Source of the DNA: an uncultured Acidobacteriia bacterium
GTDB taxonomy: Bacteria; Acidobacteriota; Terriglobia; Bryobacterales; Bryobacteraceae
Assembly: GCA_903828455.1 (NCBI GenBank)
Contig: CAIKMJ010000036.1
Coordinates: 35,973 to 99,972, forward strand
Length of the DNA: 64,000 nt
Direction of reading: 5' to 3'
Positions 48,324 through 58,154 of the stretch are shown piece after piece; position 1 is the first letter of the stretch, and each line of letters opens with the position of its first letter. The notes beneath the pieces were generated by a model. That model searched no databases. It worked only from the letters and a program-made list of their open reading frames with translations, and was not told the origin of the DNA. A program made the translations under genes and the position numbers.

Positions 48324-49010
48324 TTACCGGACGCCGCGCAGGTCGTCTTCGCTGAAGCGCAGTTCACGATCCAGCACCATTTCGAGCGTGCTGCCGGCGG
48401 GCAGAACCACGTCCGGGCCGCGCGACGTGAGCACCCGCGCCAGTCCGCCGACAGCGCCCGCCGCGGCTCCGATGCCCGCGCCCATTCCGAGGTGGCCGGC
48501 GGCGCCTCCGGCTATTGCGCCAATGCCGGTACCGGCGGCGGTGGTCTGCGCCACCGTGCGCGCATCGTTGCCGGCATTGCTGTCACCGGTGATGCGGCCT
48601 TCATTGCGATCGAGGTTCCCGCGAGTGTCCGCGCTGCCCGCTCGGGAACGAACGTCGCGCACCACGCCATTGGGCAGCGTCAGCGATTCGAACCGCAGAT
48701 TGAGCGATGCCTTGCCCTTCACACGCCGGGCGCGGTCCGACTCGGTCACCGTGCCGGTGACATAACTGCCGACGGGAATCACCAGACGGCCGCCGAGGAA
48801 GACCGGCGCCGCGGTCTGCAGATACACGCGATCGCCGACGACGGCCGATTTCGTATTCACCGCGTTCGTGAGCCGCAGCAGCAGGTGCGTTCCCGAAGCG
48901 ATCGCGTAACTCGCTTCCGGCGGGCCGTTGACGTCAGCTTGCGCCCGGACGGCCGCGGCCGCCGCCACCAGCAGCGCCGCACGTGCCAGAAAACGCGCGC
49001 CCTTAGTCAT
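48324..49010 (-). CDS. secreted protein with glycine-zipper segment (TrbI-like beta region possible)
   Basis: 228 aa. Signal peptide, GTGIGAIAGGAAGHLGMGAGIGAAAGAVGG glycine zipper. The ATG overlaps the upstream udg stop as ATGACTAA. Confidence 0.6.
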   Translation of the reverse strand: MTKGARFLARAALLVAAAAAVRAQADVNGPPEASYAIASGTHLLLRLTNAVNTKSAVVGDRVYLQTAAPVFLGGRLVIPVGSYVTGTVTESDRARRVKGKASLNLRFESLTLPNGVVRDVRSRAGSADTRGNLDRNEGRITGDSNAGNDARTVAQTTAAGTGIGAIAGGAAGHLGMGAGIGAAAGAVGGLARVLTSRGPDVVLPAGSTLEMVLDRELRFSEDDLRGVR

Positions 49011-49797
49011 AGACGAAGTGCAGAACCTTTTTCAGATCTTCCCACGCCTCGCGCTTGGCATCCTGATTGTAGGGGCGCAGCAGATACGACGGATGGTAGG
49101 TCACCATCAGCGGAATGTCGCGCCACGTGTGCCACTTGCCGCGCAGTTTCGTCACACCGTCTTTGCCGCCCAGCAGCGCCTTGGCCGCCGTGGAGCCGAG
49201 CGCGCAAACGGCTTTGGGTTTGATGGCCGAAATCTGGCGGAAGAGGAACTGGCCGCAGATGGCCATTTCATCCGGCTCCGGCGTGCGATTCTCCGGCGGC
49301 CGGCATTTCACCACGTTGCAGATGTAAACGTCGGCGCGCTTGACCGGGATGCCTTCTTTGGCCGACGTGCCTTCGATCATCTGCGTCAGCAACTGCCCGG
49401 CGCGGCCCACGAAGGGGATGCCCTGCTCGTCCTCATCGGCGCCCGGACCTTCGCCGACAAAAACCAGCTTTGTCGCCGGATTGCCGACGCCGAATACGAG
49501 CTGATTGCGCCCCTTATGCAGCTTGCAGCGAGTGCAGTCGCCGATGTCCTCGCGGATGCGTTCCAGCGTGTCGTCTTCAGGCGCCATGCCCGGGATCGCG
49601 ATATCGATGTTGATGGGTTTCATTTCGGCAGGTAGCTCGGCGACGGCAACGGGAGCCGTCACGGCGATGGGCGATTGCTCGGCCGCATCGGCAACAACAG
49701 CACTCCGGCTGACGGGAGGAGCGGAGCGGCGGTAAAGATCTTTTACTCCGAGATCACGGAAGTATTCGAGCCGTTGCCGGAGTTCGTGCGGCGACAT
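49003..49797 (-). CDS. uracil-DNA glycosylase, family 4
   Basis: 264 aa. CTRCKL Fe-S cysteine motif, [11 protein letters not shown] and GIPFVGRAG signatures of family-4 UDG. Confidence 0.88.
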   Translation of the reverse strand: MSPHELRQRLEYFRDLGVKDLYRRSAPPVSRSAVVADAAEQSPIAVTAPVAVAELPAEMKPINIDIAIPGMAPEDDTLERIREDIGDCTRCKLHKGRNQLVFGVGNPATKLVFVGEGPGADEDEQGIPFVGRAGQLLTQMIEGTSAKEGIPVKRADVYICNVVKCRPPENRTPEPDEMAICGQFLFRQISAIKPKAVCALGSTAAKALLGGKDGVTKLRGKWHTWRDIPLMVTYHPSYLLRPYNQDAKREAWEDLKKVLHFVYD

Positions 49798-49799
49798 GG

Positions 49800-51017
49800 C
49801 TAACGGGCGGAGACCGCGGCGCGGCGCAGCTTGAGGAACTGATTCAGAATCTGCTCGGCGATCTCTCGTTTCGCCGCGCGACCCACGTGGACGGTCTCAC
49901 CTGTCCGAAGCGCGAGCACGACTTCGTTGGAATCGGACTCGAAACCGCTGCCGGAGCCGCCCACCAGATTGCCGACGATCATGTCGCAGTTCTTGGCTTC
50001 CAGCTTGCGGCGGGCTTCGGCTTCCAGATTTTCCGTCTCGGCGGCGAAGCCCACCAGCAGACGGTCGCCGCGCTTTTTGCCGAGTTCGGCGAGGATATCG
50101 ACGGTCGGATCGAGTTCGAGCGAAAGGCGAGCCGCCGTCTTCTTGATCTTCTGGCGGGCTTCGGCGGAAGGCCGGAAGTCGGCCACGGCGGCGCATTTGA
50201 CGATCGCCGTCGCCGGCTGCAGATTGGCGAAGACGGCCTCGCGCATTTCGGCGGCCGTGCGGACGTGGATCACTTCCGCGCCGGCGGGCGGGTTCAGATT
50301 GACCGGGCCGGAGACGAGAATCACGCGGGCACCGCGATCGAGCGCGGCCTGCGCCAGCGCGTAACCCATCTTGCCGCTCGAACGGTTCGAAAGGTAGCGC
50401 ACGGGATCGATCGGCTCCTGCGTGGGACCGGCCGTGATGAGAATCGTTTCGCTGTCGAGATCGCGCAACCGAACGGCAGCGGCGCGTTCCACGGCGTCCA
50501 CGATCTGCGGCAACTCCGCCAGACGGCCGGGCCCGAAGGTTCCGCAGGCCAGCATGCCTTCGCCGGGTTCAACAATGGTGTGGCCGCGGCGGCGCAAAAT
50601 ATCGAGATTCGCCCGCGTCGCCTCGTGTTCCCACATGTTGTTGTTCATGGCGGGAGCAAGCACCACCGGGCCGCGAAACGCGAGGTAGGTAGTGGAAAGG
50701 AAATCGTCGGCGAGACCGTGGGCGAACTTGGCCAGCGCGTTGGCCGTGGCGGGCGCAACCAGCAGCAGATCGCTCTCCTGCGCCACGCCGATGTGCTCCA
50801 CCGAGCTGGCGAGAGTGGCTTCGGGGCTGGCCGAATCGAACAGGCCGGAGATCGCCTTCCGGCCCGTCAGAGTGGCAAATGTCAGGGGGGTGATGAACTC
50901 TTCGGCCGCGCGCGTGAGCACAGCCTGCACCTCATGGCCGTTCTGCATGAGGAGCCGGGCGAGTTCGGCGGCCTTGTACGCCGCGATACCGCCGGTCACA
51001 CCCAGAACGATGCGCAT
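49800..51017 (-). CDS. coaBC: bifunctional phosphopantothenoylcysteine decarboxylase / phosphopantothenate-cysteine ligase
   Basis: ATG 51017 (MRIVLGVTGGIAAYKA..). Flavoprotein domain plus PAMNxxM, and a C-terminal CoaB domain (ITAGPTQEPIDPVRYLSNRSSGKMG). Confidence 0.92.
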   Translation of the reverse strand: MRIVLGVTGGIAAYKAAELARLLMQNGHEVQAVLTRAAEEFITPLTFATLTGRKAISGLFDSASPEATLASSVEHIGVAQESDLLLVAPATANALAKFAHGLADDFLSTTYLAFRGPVVLAPAMNNNMWEHEATRANLDILRRRGHTIVEPGEGMLACGTFGPGRLAELPQIVDAVERAAAVRLRDLDSETILITAGPTQEPIDPVRYLSNRSSGKMGYALAQAALDRGARVILVSGPVNLNPPAGAEVIHVRTAAEMREAVFANLQPATAIVKCAAVADFRPSAEARQKIKKTAARLSLELDPTVDILAELGKKRGDRLLVGFAAETENLEAEARRKLEAKNCDMIVGNLVGGSGSGFESDSNEVVLALRTGETVHVGRAAKREIAEQILNQFLKLRRAAVSAR

Positions 51018-51043
51018 GGGCTTTTCCGATCCGACCTGTTTGT

Positions 51044-51289
51044 TTATGCTTCGTCGACGGCCGGAATGAGTTCCATGACCGCTTCGCCGTTGCTTTCGTA
51101 CTTCACCAGACCGCGGCGCGCCTCTTCCATGGCGATCACGGTCGGCTTCTTCGAAGAGGTTGGCAGAACCGGCCGCTGGCCACCCTGCAGCTGCCGGGCG
51201 CGCTTGGCGGCAACGATGATGAAGCGATAGGTGCTCTGATCCGGATCGTCCGGGATCGAGCAATGCGCGTTGTTACGAGGTGCTGTCAT
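51044..51289 (-). CDS. rpoZ: DNA-directed RNA polymerase subunit omega
   Basis: 81 aa. YRFIIVAAKRARQL core motif, and the conserved gmk-rpoZ-coaBC context. Confidence 0.85.
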   Translation of the reverse strand: MTAPRNNAHCSIPDDPDQSTYRFIIVAAKRARQLQGGQRPVLPTSSKKPTVIAMEEARRGLVKYESNGEAVMELIPAVDEA

Positions 51290-51297
51290 AAATACCT

Positions 51298-51924
51298 TTA
51301 AACTCCCGCTGCCGGCGTGCCGGCAAAGCTGGCCAGAATTGGCCGAATCCTGTCTTCCACCCGCTCACGTTTGGCGCGCTGGGCCCGGACGATCGACTTG
51401 AGCGTTTCCGCCGCCTCATCCAGATGGTCATTCACCAGCACGTAATCGTACAGGTCGTAATTGCTGATCTCCTTCGCCGCATCCGCCAGCCTGCGGCGGA
51501 TCACCTCTTCTTTGTCCTGGCCCCGCGCCCGCAACCTCTGTTCGAGGCTTTCGCGCGAAGGCGCCAGAATGAAAATGGTGACGGCGTCCGGAATCCGCTT
51601 TCTTAATTGTGCCGCACCCTGTACGTCAATGTCGAGCACCAGGTCTTTTCCCTCCGAACGCGCCCGCTCCAGAACGCCGCAGTGCGTGCCGTAATAATTG
51701 CCGAAAACCTCGGCGTATTCGAGGAATTCGTCGGCCGCGATGCGCTGCTCGAACTCTTCGCGCCCGATGAAATGATAGGCCGAACCATCCTCTTCGAGGC
51801 CGCGCGGCTTCCGGGTGGTGTAGGAAACGGAAAACGTGACGCCGGGGACTTCATTCAGCAGACGCGACACCAGCGTCGATTTGCCGGATCCGGAGGGCGC
51901 GGAGATGATGAAGACGGTATTCAT
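51298..51924 (-). CDS. gmk: guanylate kinase
   Basis: 208 aa. P-loop SAPSGSGKST, TTRKPR, and YYGT. Confidence 0.93.
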   Translation of the reverse strand: MNTVFIISAPSGSGKSTLVSRLLNEVPGVTFSVSYTTRKPRGLEEDGSAYHFIGREEFEQRIAADEFLEYAEVFGNYYGTHCGVLERARSEGKDLVLDIDVQGAAQLRKRIPDAVTIFILAPSRESLEQRLRARGQDKEEVIRRRLADAAKEISNYDLYDYVLVNDHLDEAAETLKSIVRAQRAKRERVEDRIRPILASFAGTPAAGV

Positions 51925-52832
51925 TCGACGTTGAGCGATTGTTCGCGAATGCGGTCGATTTCGGCCTTGGCGGCGAGGCCAAGGTCGGTCAGAGTGAGGC
52001 CGGTTTCACCGAGGCCGCCGGTTTTGGAAAGAATCGTATTGGTTTCGCGGTTCATTTCCTGGAGCAGGAAGTCGAGCTTTTTGCCGGTTTCGCCCTCGGC
52101 GGCGAGCAGCGCATCGGTCTGGTCGGCGTGAGTTTTCAGCCGCACAAGTTCTTCGCTGATGTCGCTGCGTTCGGCGAGCACGGCGGCCTCCTGGGCAAGG
52201 CGGGCCGGATCGAGCTGCGCGCCGCCGAGCAGTTCCCCGAGCCGATCGCGCAGGCGCTGGTGGAAGTAGGGCAGCGCGCGGCTGCGAATCTCTTCCATCC
52301 GGCGCACGATGCCGCGCAGCGTTTCCACGCGCCCGCGGATTTCGACTTCAATGGCGGAACCTTCGTGGACCCGGAAGGCGTCGAGGTGTTCAATCGCCTC
52401 TTCGGCGGCCGACAGAACTTCCGGTTCGAGCGACGCCTCGTCAATCCGTTCCGCCGCGCGCGATTCCAGCATGCCGGGCATGCGCAGCGCCTGGTTGAGA
52501 TCGGGCGCGCCTTCGAGGTTGTATTTGCGGGCGGCGTCGCGATACGCCTGCAGCCAGGCCGACAGCATCGCTTCGTTGACACTGCTTTCGCCGGCTTCCC
52601 CGCCCTGCGCGGCGGTCGCGCGTTTAAACGAAATCTGCACCTGCACGTGGCCGCGGGCGACGCGCTTGCGGACGGCGGCGCGGAGCGCGGGTTCCACGGG
52701 ATCGAAATCCGACGGGGCGTGGAAGTGCATGTCCAGTCCGCGGTGATTTACGGTCTTAATCGAAAGTGTGAGTTCGCCGGATGGCGTGGATCGGGAGACA
52801 CGGGCAAAGCCGGTCATGCTGCGGATCGGCAT
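51921..52832 (-). CDS. yicC: YicC-family stress-induced protein
   Basis: ATG 52832 (MPIRSMTGFA..), the canonical YicC N-terminus MTGFAR. C-terminal DUF1732 with EMNRETNTILSK. Confidence 0.88.
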   Translation of the reverse strand: MPIRSMTGFARVSRSTPSGELTLSIKTVNHRGLDMHFHAPSDFDPVEPALRAAVRKRVARGHVQVQISFKRATAAQGGEAGESSVNEAMLSAWLQAYRDAARKYNLEGAPDLNQALRMPGMLESRAAERIDEASLEPEVLSAAEEAIEHLDAFRVHEGSAIEVEIRGRVETLRGIVRRMEEIRSRALPYFHQRLRDRLGELLGGAQLDPARLAQEAAVLAERSDISEELVRLKTHADQTDALLAAEGETGKKLDFLLQEMNRETNTILSKTGGLGETGLTLTDLGLAAKAEIDRIREQSLNVE

Positions 52833-52920
52833 GGATAAGGTTGAATTTTCGATTATGACACCGCGCCGGCTATGTAAAACACCGCCAACGTTGCGTGCGG
52901 TTCGGAAATGATCGCTCCGC

Positions 52921-54561
52921 TCATTTGTGAGGCCGCTTTTTCGCGGCCGCCTTGGGAGTCGGGGAAGCGTCGGCAGTGGAAGCTGCCGGGGACGCGGAGG
53001 CCGCGGATGCCGCCGGGCTGGCCGGGGAAGCTGCAACCGCCGGGGCCGTGCCGCCGGACGGGGACGCTGCATTGTTGGCCGGAGCTGAGGCGCCCGGTGC
53101 AGTCGGGGCGCCGGCTGCGGCGGGCGTCGCAGACGGGTCGGGAAGCGCACCGATCGGCTCCAGCTGGTAGCCGGTTCGTCCGCGAACGGCCCCCAGATCG
53201 AGCGTAACGGTCACTCGTTCCGACTTTCGCTTGTACTGATAGGCGCCGGCCAGAAGCTTCGTCGAATCGAGCGTGATGGTGTTCAGTTCCCCGCCATCGT
53301 TGATCAGCAACTCGCCGCGGTCGATACCACGGGTGGCCTGCGAGTTCCAGCGAATCTCCATGTCGCCGTTCGAATCGGTCGAAGTCATGGCCAGCGGCGG
53401 GCGCGGCATCCACATATCGCGCGTCAGAAAAATTCCGCCGCCACCCAGCAGGATAACGATCAGCGCAATCGCCGCCCACAGCGCACGCCGTTTGCCGGCT
53501 TGCGCCGCGGGCATCCGGGGTGCCGGAGAAGAAGCCGCACGAGCACCGGCCGGCGCAGAGGAGGGTCGAGGGTTGGTAACCAGGTTCGGATGCGCCGTCT
53601 GGGGACGCGCGGCAGCGGGCTCCTCGTCCAGTTGCGCGAAAAGGCCGGCCGTGATAAACGACGGCCGGGCCGCGGGCTTCGTCGACGCCGGTTGGGGGGC
53701 CACGGGTTGCGGGGACACGGGTTTGGGAACAGCGGGCGGCGGGGAGTCGCGCTGGACCGCACTTCGCGGTTCGAGCCGGGGCATTTCGGTCACTGGCGGA
53801 GGCGCGAAACTGAAGTCTTCCTCTTCAACCGCGGGCCGGTACGCAGCGGGCGGCGGGGGCGTGGCCTGCGCCGGAGCATGGTGTGACTGTATGGGTTGTG
53901 ACTGTATGGGTTGTGAATGTATGGGTTGTGAATGTATGGGGTGCGACTGTATCTGGCCCGACTGCGGCATCGGCATGACACCGGCCGGAGGATTTGCCAG
54001 CACCTTTGAGATCGCATCGAGCCGCGCAGCGACATCCCGCTGAGTCTTTTCGAGATCCGGCGGATTCCAGTCCCAGAGATCCTGCGACGTGCCCGCCTGC
54101 AAGGTGCCATTCTGACGAAAAAAGAAGGCCGCCTTGGCCACTTCGCCGGGGGCCGGCCGCACGACGAAGGCCACCTGCCAGGGCTCGGGACACAACAGGT
54201 CGAAGAGTTCACGTTCCGGGCCGCCGAGCGCGACCGGACCCCGCGTCCGCGTGCAGTAAAGACCGACGACGCCGCGATGCGATCCGGCATCCTTCAGCGC
54301 CTGCATGCTCTGGCGGATTTCGTCGGGAGTGAGCTGAAACGTCGGCCCGAGCGAATGCGAGCAAGGCAGTTCGATGGCACCGGTGATGCGAATGCCGGCG
54401 GCGGTTCTTTCACCGACCAGCAGCCCGCCGACGCCCATCCCGACGCGCGGCAGCGCAATGAGCCCGTCAGCTGCCCGCTGCCGGACGCGCTCAAGAGCGG
54501 CACACAGGTAGTCCACCGTAAACGGTAACGCCGGGTCCAGCCATACGGCCATCTCTGTCAT
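52921..54561 (-). CDS. single-pass membrane protein with N-terminal MPN/JAB-like (non-catalytic) domain, Pro-rich linker and extracytoplasmic domain
   Basis: 546 aa. N-terminus resembles the MPN fold (GLLVGE..; VVGLYCTRTRG where JAMM enzymes have HSHP). QPIHS repeats, TM LWAAIALIVILLGGGGIFL, and an Ala/Pro/Ser-rich basic tail. Confidence 0.6.
   Translation of the reverse strand: MTEMAVWLDPALPFTVDYLCAALERVRQRAADGLIALPRVGMGVGGLLVGERTAAGIRITGAIELPCSHSLGPTFQLTPDEIRQSMQALKDAGSHRGVVGLYCTRTRGPVALGGPERELFDLLCPEPWQVAFVVRPAPGEVAKAAFFFRQNGTLQAGTSQDLWDWNPPDLEKTQRDVAARLDAISKVLANPPAGVMPMPQSGQIQSHPIHSQPIHSQPIQSQPIQSHHAPAQATPPPPAAYRPAVEEEDFSFAPPPVTEMPRLEPRSAVQRDSPPPAVPKPVSPQPVAPQPASTKPAARPSFITAGLFAQLDEEPAAARPQTAHPNLVTNPRPSSAPAGARAASSPAPRMPAAQAGKRRALWAAIALIVILLGGGGIFLTRDMWMPRPPLAMTSTDSNGDMEIRWNSQATRGIDRGELLINDGGELNTITLDSTKLLAGAYQYKRKSERVTVTLDLGAVRGRTGYQLEPIGALPDPSATPAAAGAPTAPGASAPANNAASPSGGTAPAVAASPASPAASAASASPAASTADASPTPKAAAKKRPHK
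53881..53955. repeat. intragenic 15-bp x5 tandem repeat (ttgtgactgtatggg)
   Basis: Units at 53881, 53896, 53911, 53926 and 53941. They encode QSHPIHSQPIHSQPIQSQPIQSH on the minus strand. Confidence 0.9.
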
Positions 54562-54639
54562 ATCGGTTCGTTCGCCGGATGATTCGACCCGCGAATTGCC
54601 TGGATCGAAAATATCCGGTTCCTACACTATAATAGAGGG

Positions 54640-55233
54640 GTGCCGAAGCCAAAGGAACTGGAATCCCGCCTGCAGCGGATTGAACAGCAGCTCCGGCTCT
54701 TCCAGAAAGTCAGCCGTTTCATGGTGCGCGACATGTCGCTGCAGCAGATTCTGCAGGGCATTGTGTCGCTCGTGGTGGAATTTACACAGTGCGATTCCTG
54801 CCTCGTGTACCTTTGCGATGGCGACGATCTGGTGCTGTGCGCCTCCAACTCGCATCACGAAGCGCAGATGGGCCGGGTGCGGCTGAAGCTGAATGAAGGC
54901 CTGACGGGCTGGGTCGCGCGGGAGCGGACGCTGCTGGCGATTTCGCGCGAAGCTTATCGCGATCCGCGGTTTAAGTATTTCGGCGAACTGCCGGAAGATA
55001 CGTTCGAAGCCTTCCTTTCTTCGCCGGTGATTGCGCGCAACCGCGTGGTGGGCGTCATCAACGTGCAGCACCGGGCGGCGCATCAGCATTCGGGCGGAGA
55101 GATGGAAGTGCTGACCACGCTCGGCGAACAGGTCGGGTGCGCGCTGGCGCTGGCACGCATGGCTCCGGCTCTGGTGGAAACGGTCAATCATGCCGAACTC
55201 GCGGTGCCCGGTTTGATGCGCCGTCCGGCGTGA
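54640..55233 (+). CDS. GAF domain protein
   Basis: 197 aa with a GTG start. An N-terminal coiled segment, then a GAF-like core (LTGWVARERTLLAI...SSPVIARNRVVGVINVQH). Confidence 0.7.
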   Translation: MPKPKELESRLQRIEQQLRLFQKVSRFMVRDMSLQQILQGIVSLVVEFTQCDSCLVYLCDGDDLVLCASNSHHEAQMGRVRLKLNEGLTGWVARERTLLAISREAYRDPRFKYFGELPEDTFEAFLSSPVIARNRVVGVINVQHRAAHQHSGGEMEVLTTLGEQVGCALALARMAPALVETVNHAELAVPGLMRRPA

Positions 55234-55252
55234 CTGGCGCGTCTGTCTGTTC

Positions 55253-56407
55253 ATGACGCGACGCTTTATCCTTTTTCTGTTTGCGGCCACGCTGGCGGCG
55301 CAGGCCGATCCGCACTGGGACGTCCAGTTCGAATACAAACAGGACGATGCGGTTCTGACCATCAACGACTTCGCCATGCTGCCCTCGGCGAACGGCGTGG
55401 CGCAGCGCGGCATTGCGTGCGGCTACGCCACCGACCATCGCAATAAGCAGCGGCCGCTGGTGCTGCTTACGATCGATGGCGGCGCGCACTGGACCGAAAC
55501 TGCCGTACACGAAACGGGCCTGTCGCTTTTCTTTCTCGACGACACAACGGGCTGGATGGTGACGGCGACCGGCGTGTGGCAGACCAGCGAAGCCGGCCGC
55601 AACTGGACCAGAAAAGTGAAAGCGCCGGGCGGTCTGACGCGGGTCTGGTTCCTCGACCGCAGACGCGGCTACGGCATCGGCAGCGAGCGCCGCATTTTCG
55701 AAACGATTGACGGCGGCGATTCGTGGATTCTGCTGCCCGGCGTGAAAGAGGTGGAGAGCGACCAGCGGACGACGACGTTCGGCGAGATTGCCTTCACCGG
55801 CAAGGCGGGCATCATTGCGGGCTGGAGCACGCCCGTGCGCTCGACGCCGCCAGTGACGGCGGCGACGGGGAGCGGCGGGACGAAGAGCGAACCGCCGCGC
55901 CAGACTCCGGCTTATTCGGTGATGCTGCAGACCGTGGACGCAGGGCAGACGTGGAAGAAATCCGACGCATCGCTGTTCGGGCAGATCACGCGAATCAGCA
56001 TGGCGCCGCAGGGCACGGCGCTGGGGCTGATCGAGTTCCGCGACAGGTTCGATTATCCGAGCGAGGTGTACAGCATCGATCTGCATACCGGCAAAAGCGA
56101 GCGGGCCTTCCGCGCGATGGACCGTGCGATTACCGACGTGCGGCTCTTCCGCGGACTTTCCACGGGCGTCATCGCCGGATATGAGACGCCGGGCGCGGCA
56201 GACCGGACGGGCGGCGCGGGCGGCCTGAGCCGGGTTCTCGTGCCGGGGAAACTGAAGGTGCTGATCAGCGAGGATCTGGCGCACTGGGACGAGATGTCGG
56301 TGGACGCGCACGCGGTGGCGCGTCGCGCGATGATCTCCGGGCCGGATCCGGATCATTTATGGATCGCGACGGATACGGGGATGATCTTGAGGCTGGTGCT
56401 GGAATAG
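55253..56407 (+). CDS. secreted Ycf48/BNR-like beta-propeller protein
   Basis: 384 aa with a signal peptide. Repeated S/T-x-D-G-G-x-x-W motifs (TIDGGAHWTE, TSEAGRNWT, TIDGGDSWIL, TVDAGQTWKK). Confidence 0.75.
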   Translation: MTRRFILFLFAATLAAQADPHWDVQFEYKQDDAVLTINDFAMLPSANGVAQRGIACGYATDHRNKQRPLVLLTIDGGAHWTETAVHETGLSLFFLDDTTGWMVTATGVWQTSEAGRNWTRKVKAPGGLTRVWFLDRRRGYGIGSERRIFETIDGGDSWILLPGVKEVESDQRTTTFGEIAFTGKAGIIAGWSTPVRSTPPVTAATGSGGTKSEPPRQTPAYSVMLQTVDAGQTWKKSDASLFGQITRISMAPQGTALGLIEFRDRFDYPSEVYSIDLHTGKSERAFRAMDRAITDVRLFRGLSTGVIAGYETPGAADRTGGAGGLSRVLVPGKLKVLISEDLAHWDEMSVDAHAVARRAMISGPDPDHLWIATDTGMILRLVLE

Positions 56408-56437
56408 CAGGTTCTGGAATAGCAGGTGCTGGAATAG
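56393..56437. repeat. 15-bp x3 tandem repeat (c(t/a)ggtgctggaatag) copying last four codons plus TAG stop
   Basis: ctggtgctggaatag (56393-56407, includes the real TAG at 56405-56407), caggttctggaatag (56408-56422), caggtgctggaatag (56423-56437). Confidence 0.95.
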
Positions 56438-56501
56438 CTGGCACCGATTGAGCAAGCGGGCGGCAGTGGGTTAGACTGAAAGCAGTTCGCCCGCCTGCAA
56501 T

Positions 56502-56575
56502 TCCCCGGTCGTCTAATGGTAGGACAGCGGCCTTTGACGCCGTGAATCGAGGTTCGAATCCTTGCCGGGGAGCCA
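56502..56575 (+). tRNA. tRNA-Gln (anticodon TTG), CCA encoded
   Basis: Hand-folded. Acceptor TCCCCGG/CCGGGGA, D arm GTCT-AATGGTA-GGAC, anticodon arm GCGGC-CTTTGAC-GCCGT (anticodon TTG). T arm CGAGG-TTCGAAT-CCTTG, then discriminator G and CCA. Confidence 0.93.
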
Positions 56576-56576
56576 T

Positions 56577-56830
56577 ACGTTTTGTGGTGGAAATGTTTTA
56601 TTGCAATTCGGTTGACCGCAGCACTTTTCCCCTCCCCCTGTAACCCCAACATTCCAAAGACTTCCGCATTTTCGGGTTCTCTCCGGTTTGAAACTCTGCT
56701 TCTCGATTTACGAGCTAAACCCCGGGGGTTGAGTTCGGCCCCCCATGTTTTCGGCATCAAACTCTCAGTTTTCTCTGTTGACAGGAAGCCTTTGTTGACG
56801 GCCCCGTCCAACGCGGGGTAACCGTCGTTA
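56577..56830 (+). repeat. direct repeat copy A (about 250 bp, block-wise conserved with copy B)
   Basis: Blocks shared in the same order with copy B: ggtggaaat, tcggttgac(c/a)gcagc, acattcc, g(t/c)ttgaaactc, aaccccgg, gttcggcccccc. Also ttttctctgttgacagg, tttgttgacggccccgtc, and taacc. Confidence 0.8.
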
Positions 56831-56850
56831 CATTTTTCAAACCGATGATT

Positions 56851-58074
56851 TCATTGCGTTTCTTCGGACGGTTCTGGCTGCTGCTTGAGCAGCACCTTGA
56901 TCATTTTCGTTCGATGATCGTAGCTGAGCCTTTCGACGAATTCCGGAATCTCCCTCAAATTGATATGATCTCGCCCGTCAACTGGTTTCCGAAGCCGTAT
57001 TTGTCGACAAACGGCCGCTTCAATCTGACCTGCCGAAACCTGGCCCCGACACGGCTTCCTGCCCCCAGCGGTGGACCGGCACCGGTAGTAGCAATAGGTG
57101 ATGCGACCATGGCGAACGGTGTGGGGCGTCATGGGTCGATCGCAGACCGCGCACAGGATCAGGCCTTTCAGCGGCCAGATGTCTCCATACGAAACCGCGT
57201 CCGATGCCCGCGTCCTGCGCGAATCAAGCTGCTGACCAACCGCGTCGAAAACCTCTCGGGTGATCAGGGGTTCATGGCAGCCGGGGCGGGTACCGGATCC
57301 CGACCGAAACCCGCCGGTATAGACAGGATTCCGGAGTGTCGCCAAAACCTGTCGCGCCGTCCAGGGGTTGCCACCGAATTTCGGGATGTAACGCCCTTCG
57401 GTTTTCACTTTGGTCCTGGATCCTTTGTCGTTGGCTTGTTCAGCGATATCCGCCGGCACCTTTCCGACGGCCGCCTGCGAGAACATCCACTTCACGATCT
57501 CCGCCTCATCCTGCAGCGGAACCAGCTGTTTGGTGTACACATCGGTCGTGTAGCCGAAAGGCACAGCGCCGGCGATTCGTTGTCCCCGGGCTTTCAGTCT
57601 TGTGCGGGACTCAGCGATTCTCGAGGCAATCATCTCCCGTTCGAACTCGGCGAAGGAAGCCAGGATGTTGAGCATCAGGTTATCCCCCGCAGCATCCCCG
57701 AGTTCCGGTGCCGTCACGATGACCAACCGGACACCGTGGCTGCGAAGTTCTTCGAGCAAGGTGGCGGACTTGATCAGGCTGCGAGCCAGTCGGTCCATCC
57801 GATAAATCACGACTGCGTTTACAGCGCGGCGAGCAACCAGCTCTCTGAGTCGAGTGAGCGCAGGGCGGTCGAGCGTAGCGCCTGAATAACCGTCATCGTC
57901 GAAACGATCCGCGACGAGAAGCCACCCCAACTCACGCATCGAGTGAACGTATGCCGCGCAAGACTGGTACTGGATTTCGCAGGAAGAGATGTCATCGTCC
58001 GACGAGGCTGACTGCCTGGTGTAAATGGCACAGACCGTGAACTGCCGCGTCGTCGGTCCGGTTTTCCGCTGCAT
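56851..58074 (-). CDS. large serine recombinase (resolvase catalytic domain plus recombinase domain plus zinc ribbon)
   Basis: 407 aa. N-terminal AIYTRQSAS (catalytic Ser region), YRMDRLARS, recombinase domain, and Cys-rich CAVCDRPM...YYRCRS...KPC zinc-ribbon. Confidence 0.85.
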   Translation of the reverse strand: MQRKTGPTTRQFTVCAIYTRQSASSDDDISSCEIQYQSCAAYVHSMRELGWLLVADRFDDDGYSGATLDRPALTRLRELVARRAVNAVVIYRMDRLARSLIKSATLLEELRSHGVRLVIVTAPELGDAAGDNLMLNILASFAEFEREMIASRIAESRTRLKARGQRIAGAVPFGYTTDVYTKQLVPLQDEAEIVKWMFSQAAVGKVPADIAEQANDKGSRTKVKTEGRYIPKFGGNPWTARQVLATLRNPVYTGGFRSGSGTRPGCHEPLITREVFDAVGQQLDSRRTRASDAVSYGDIWPLKGLILCAVCDRPMTPHTVRHGRITYCYYRCRSTAGGRKPCRGQVSAGQIEAAVCRQIRLRKPVDGRDHINLREIPEFVERLSYDHRTKMIKVLLKQQPEPSEETQ

Positions 58075-58154
58075 CCGTTCCCATCATCTTCCATGTGAGG
58101 GCTTGCTCCCCTTTCGCGGGCCGGACAAAGCTATCCTGCAATAGGAACGTCTCA

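Noticed and set aside
56265-56576. 103-aa minus-strand ORF overlapping tRNA-Gln
   Set aside because: It is the translation of the tRNA and its flanks (GFEPRF is a typical tRNA T-arm artefact). The region folds into a canonical cloverleaf.
56353-56811. ORFs 56353..56811(-) and 59369..59710(-) that share the peptide DGAVNK..LSTEK
   Set aside because: The similarity reflects the DNA direct repeats. Conservation is block-wise at nucleotide level with frame-breaking indels, and there are no start or RBS signals.
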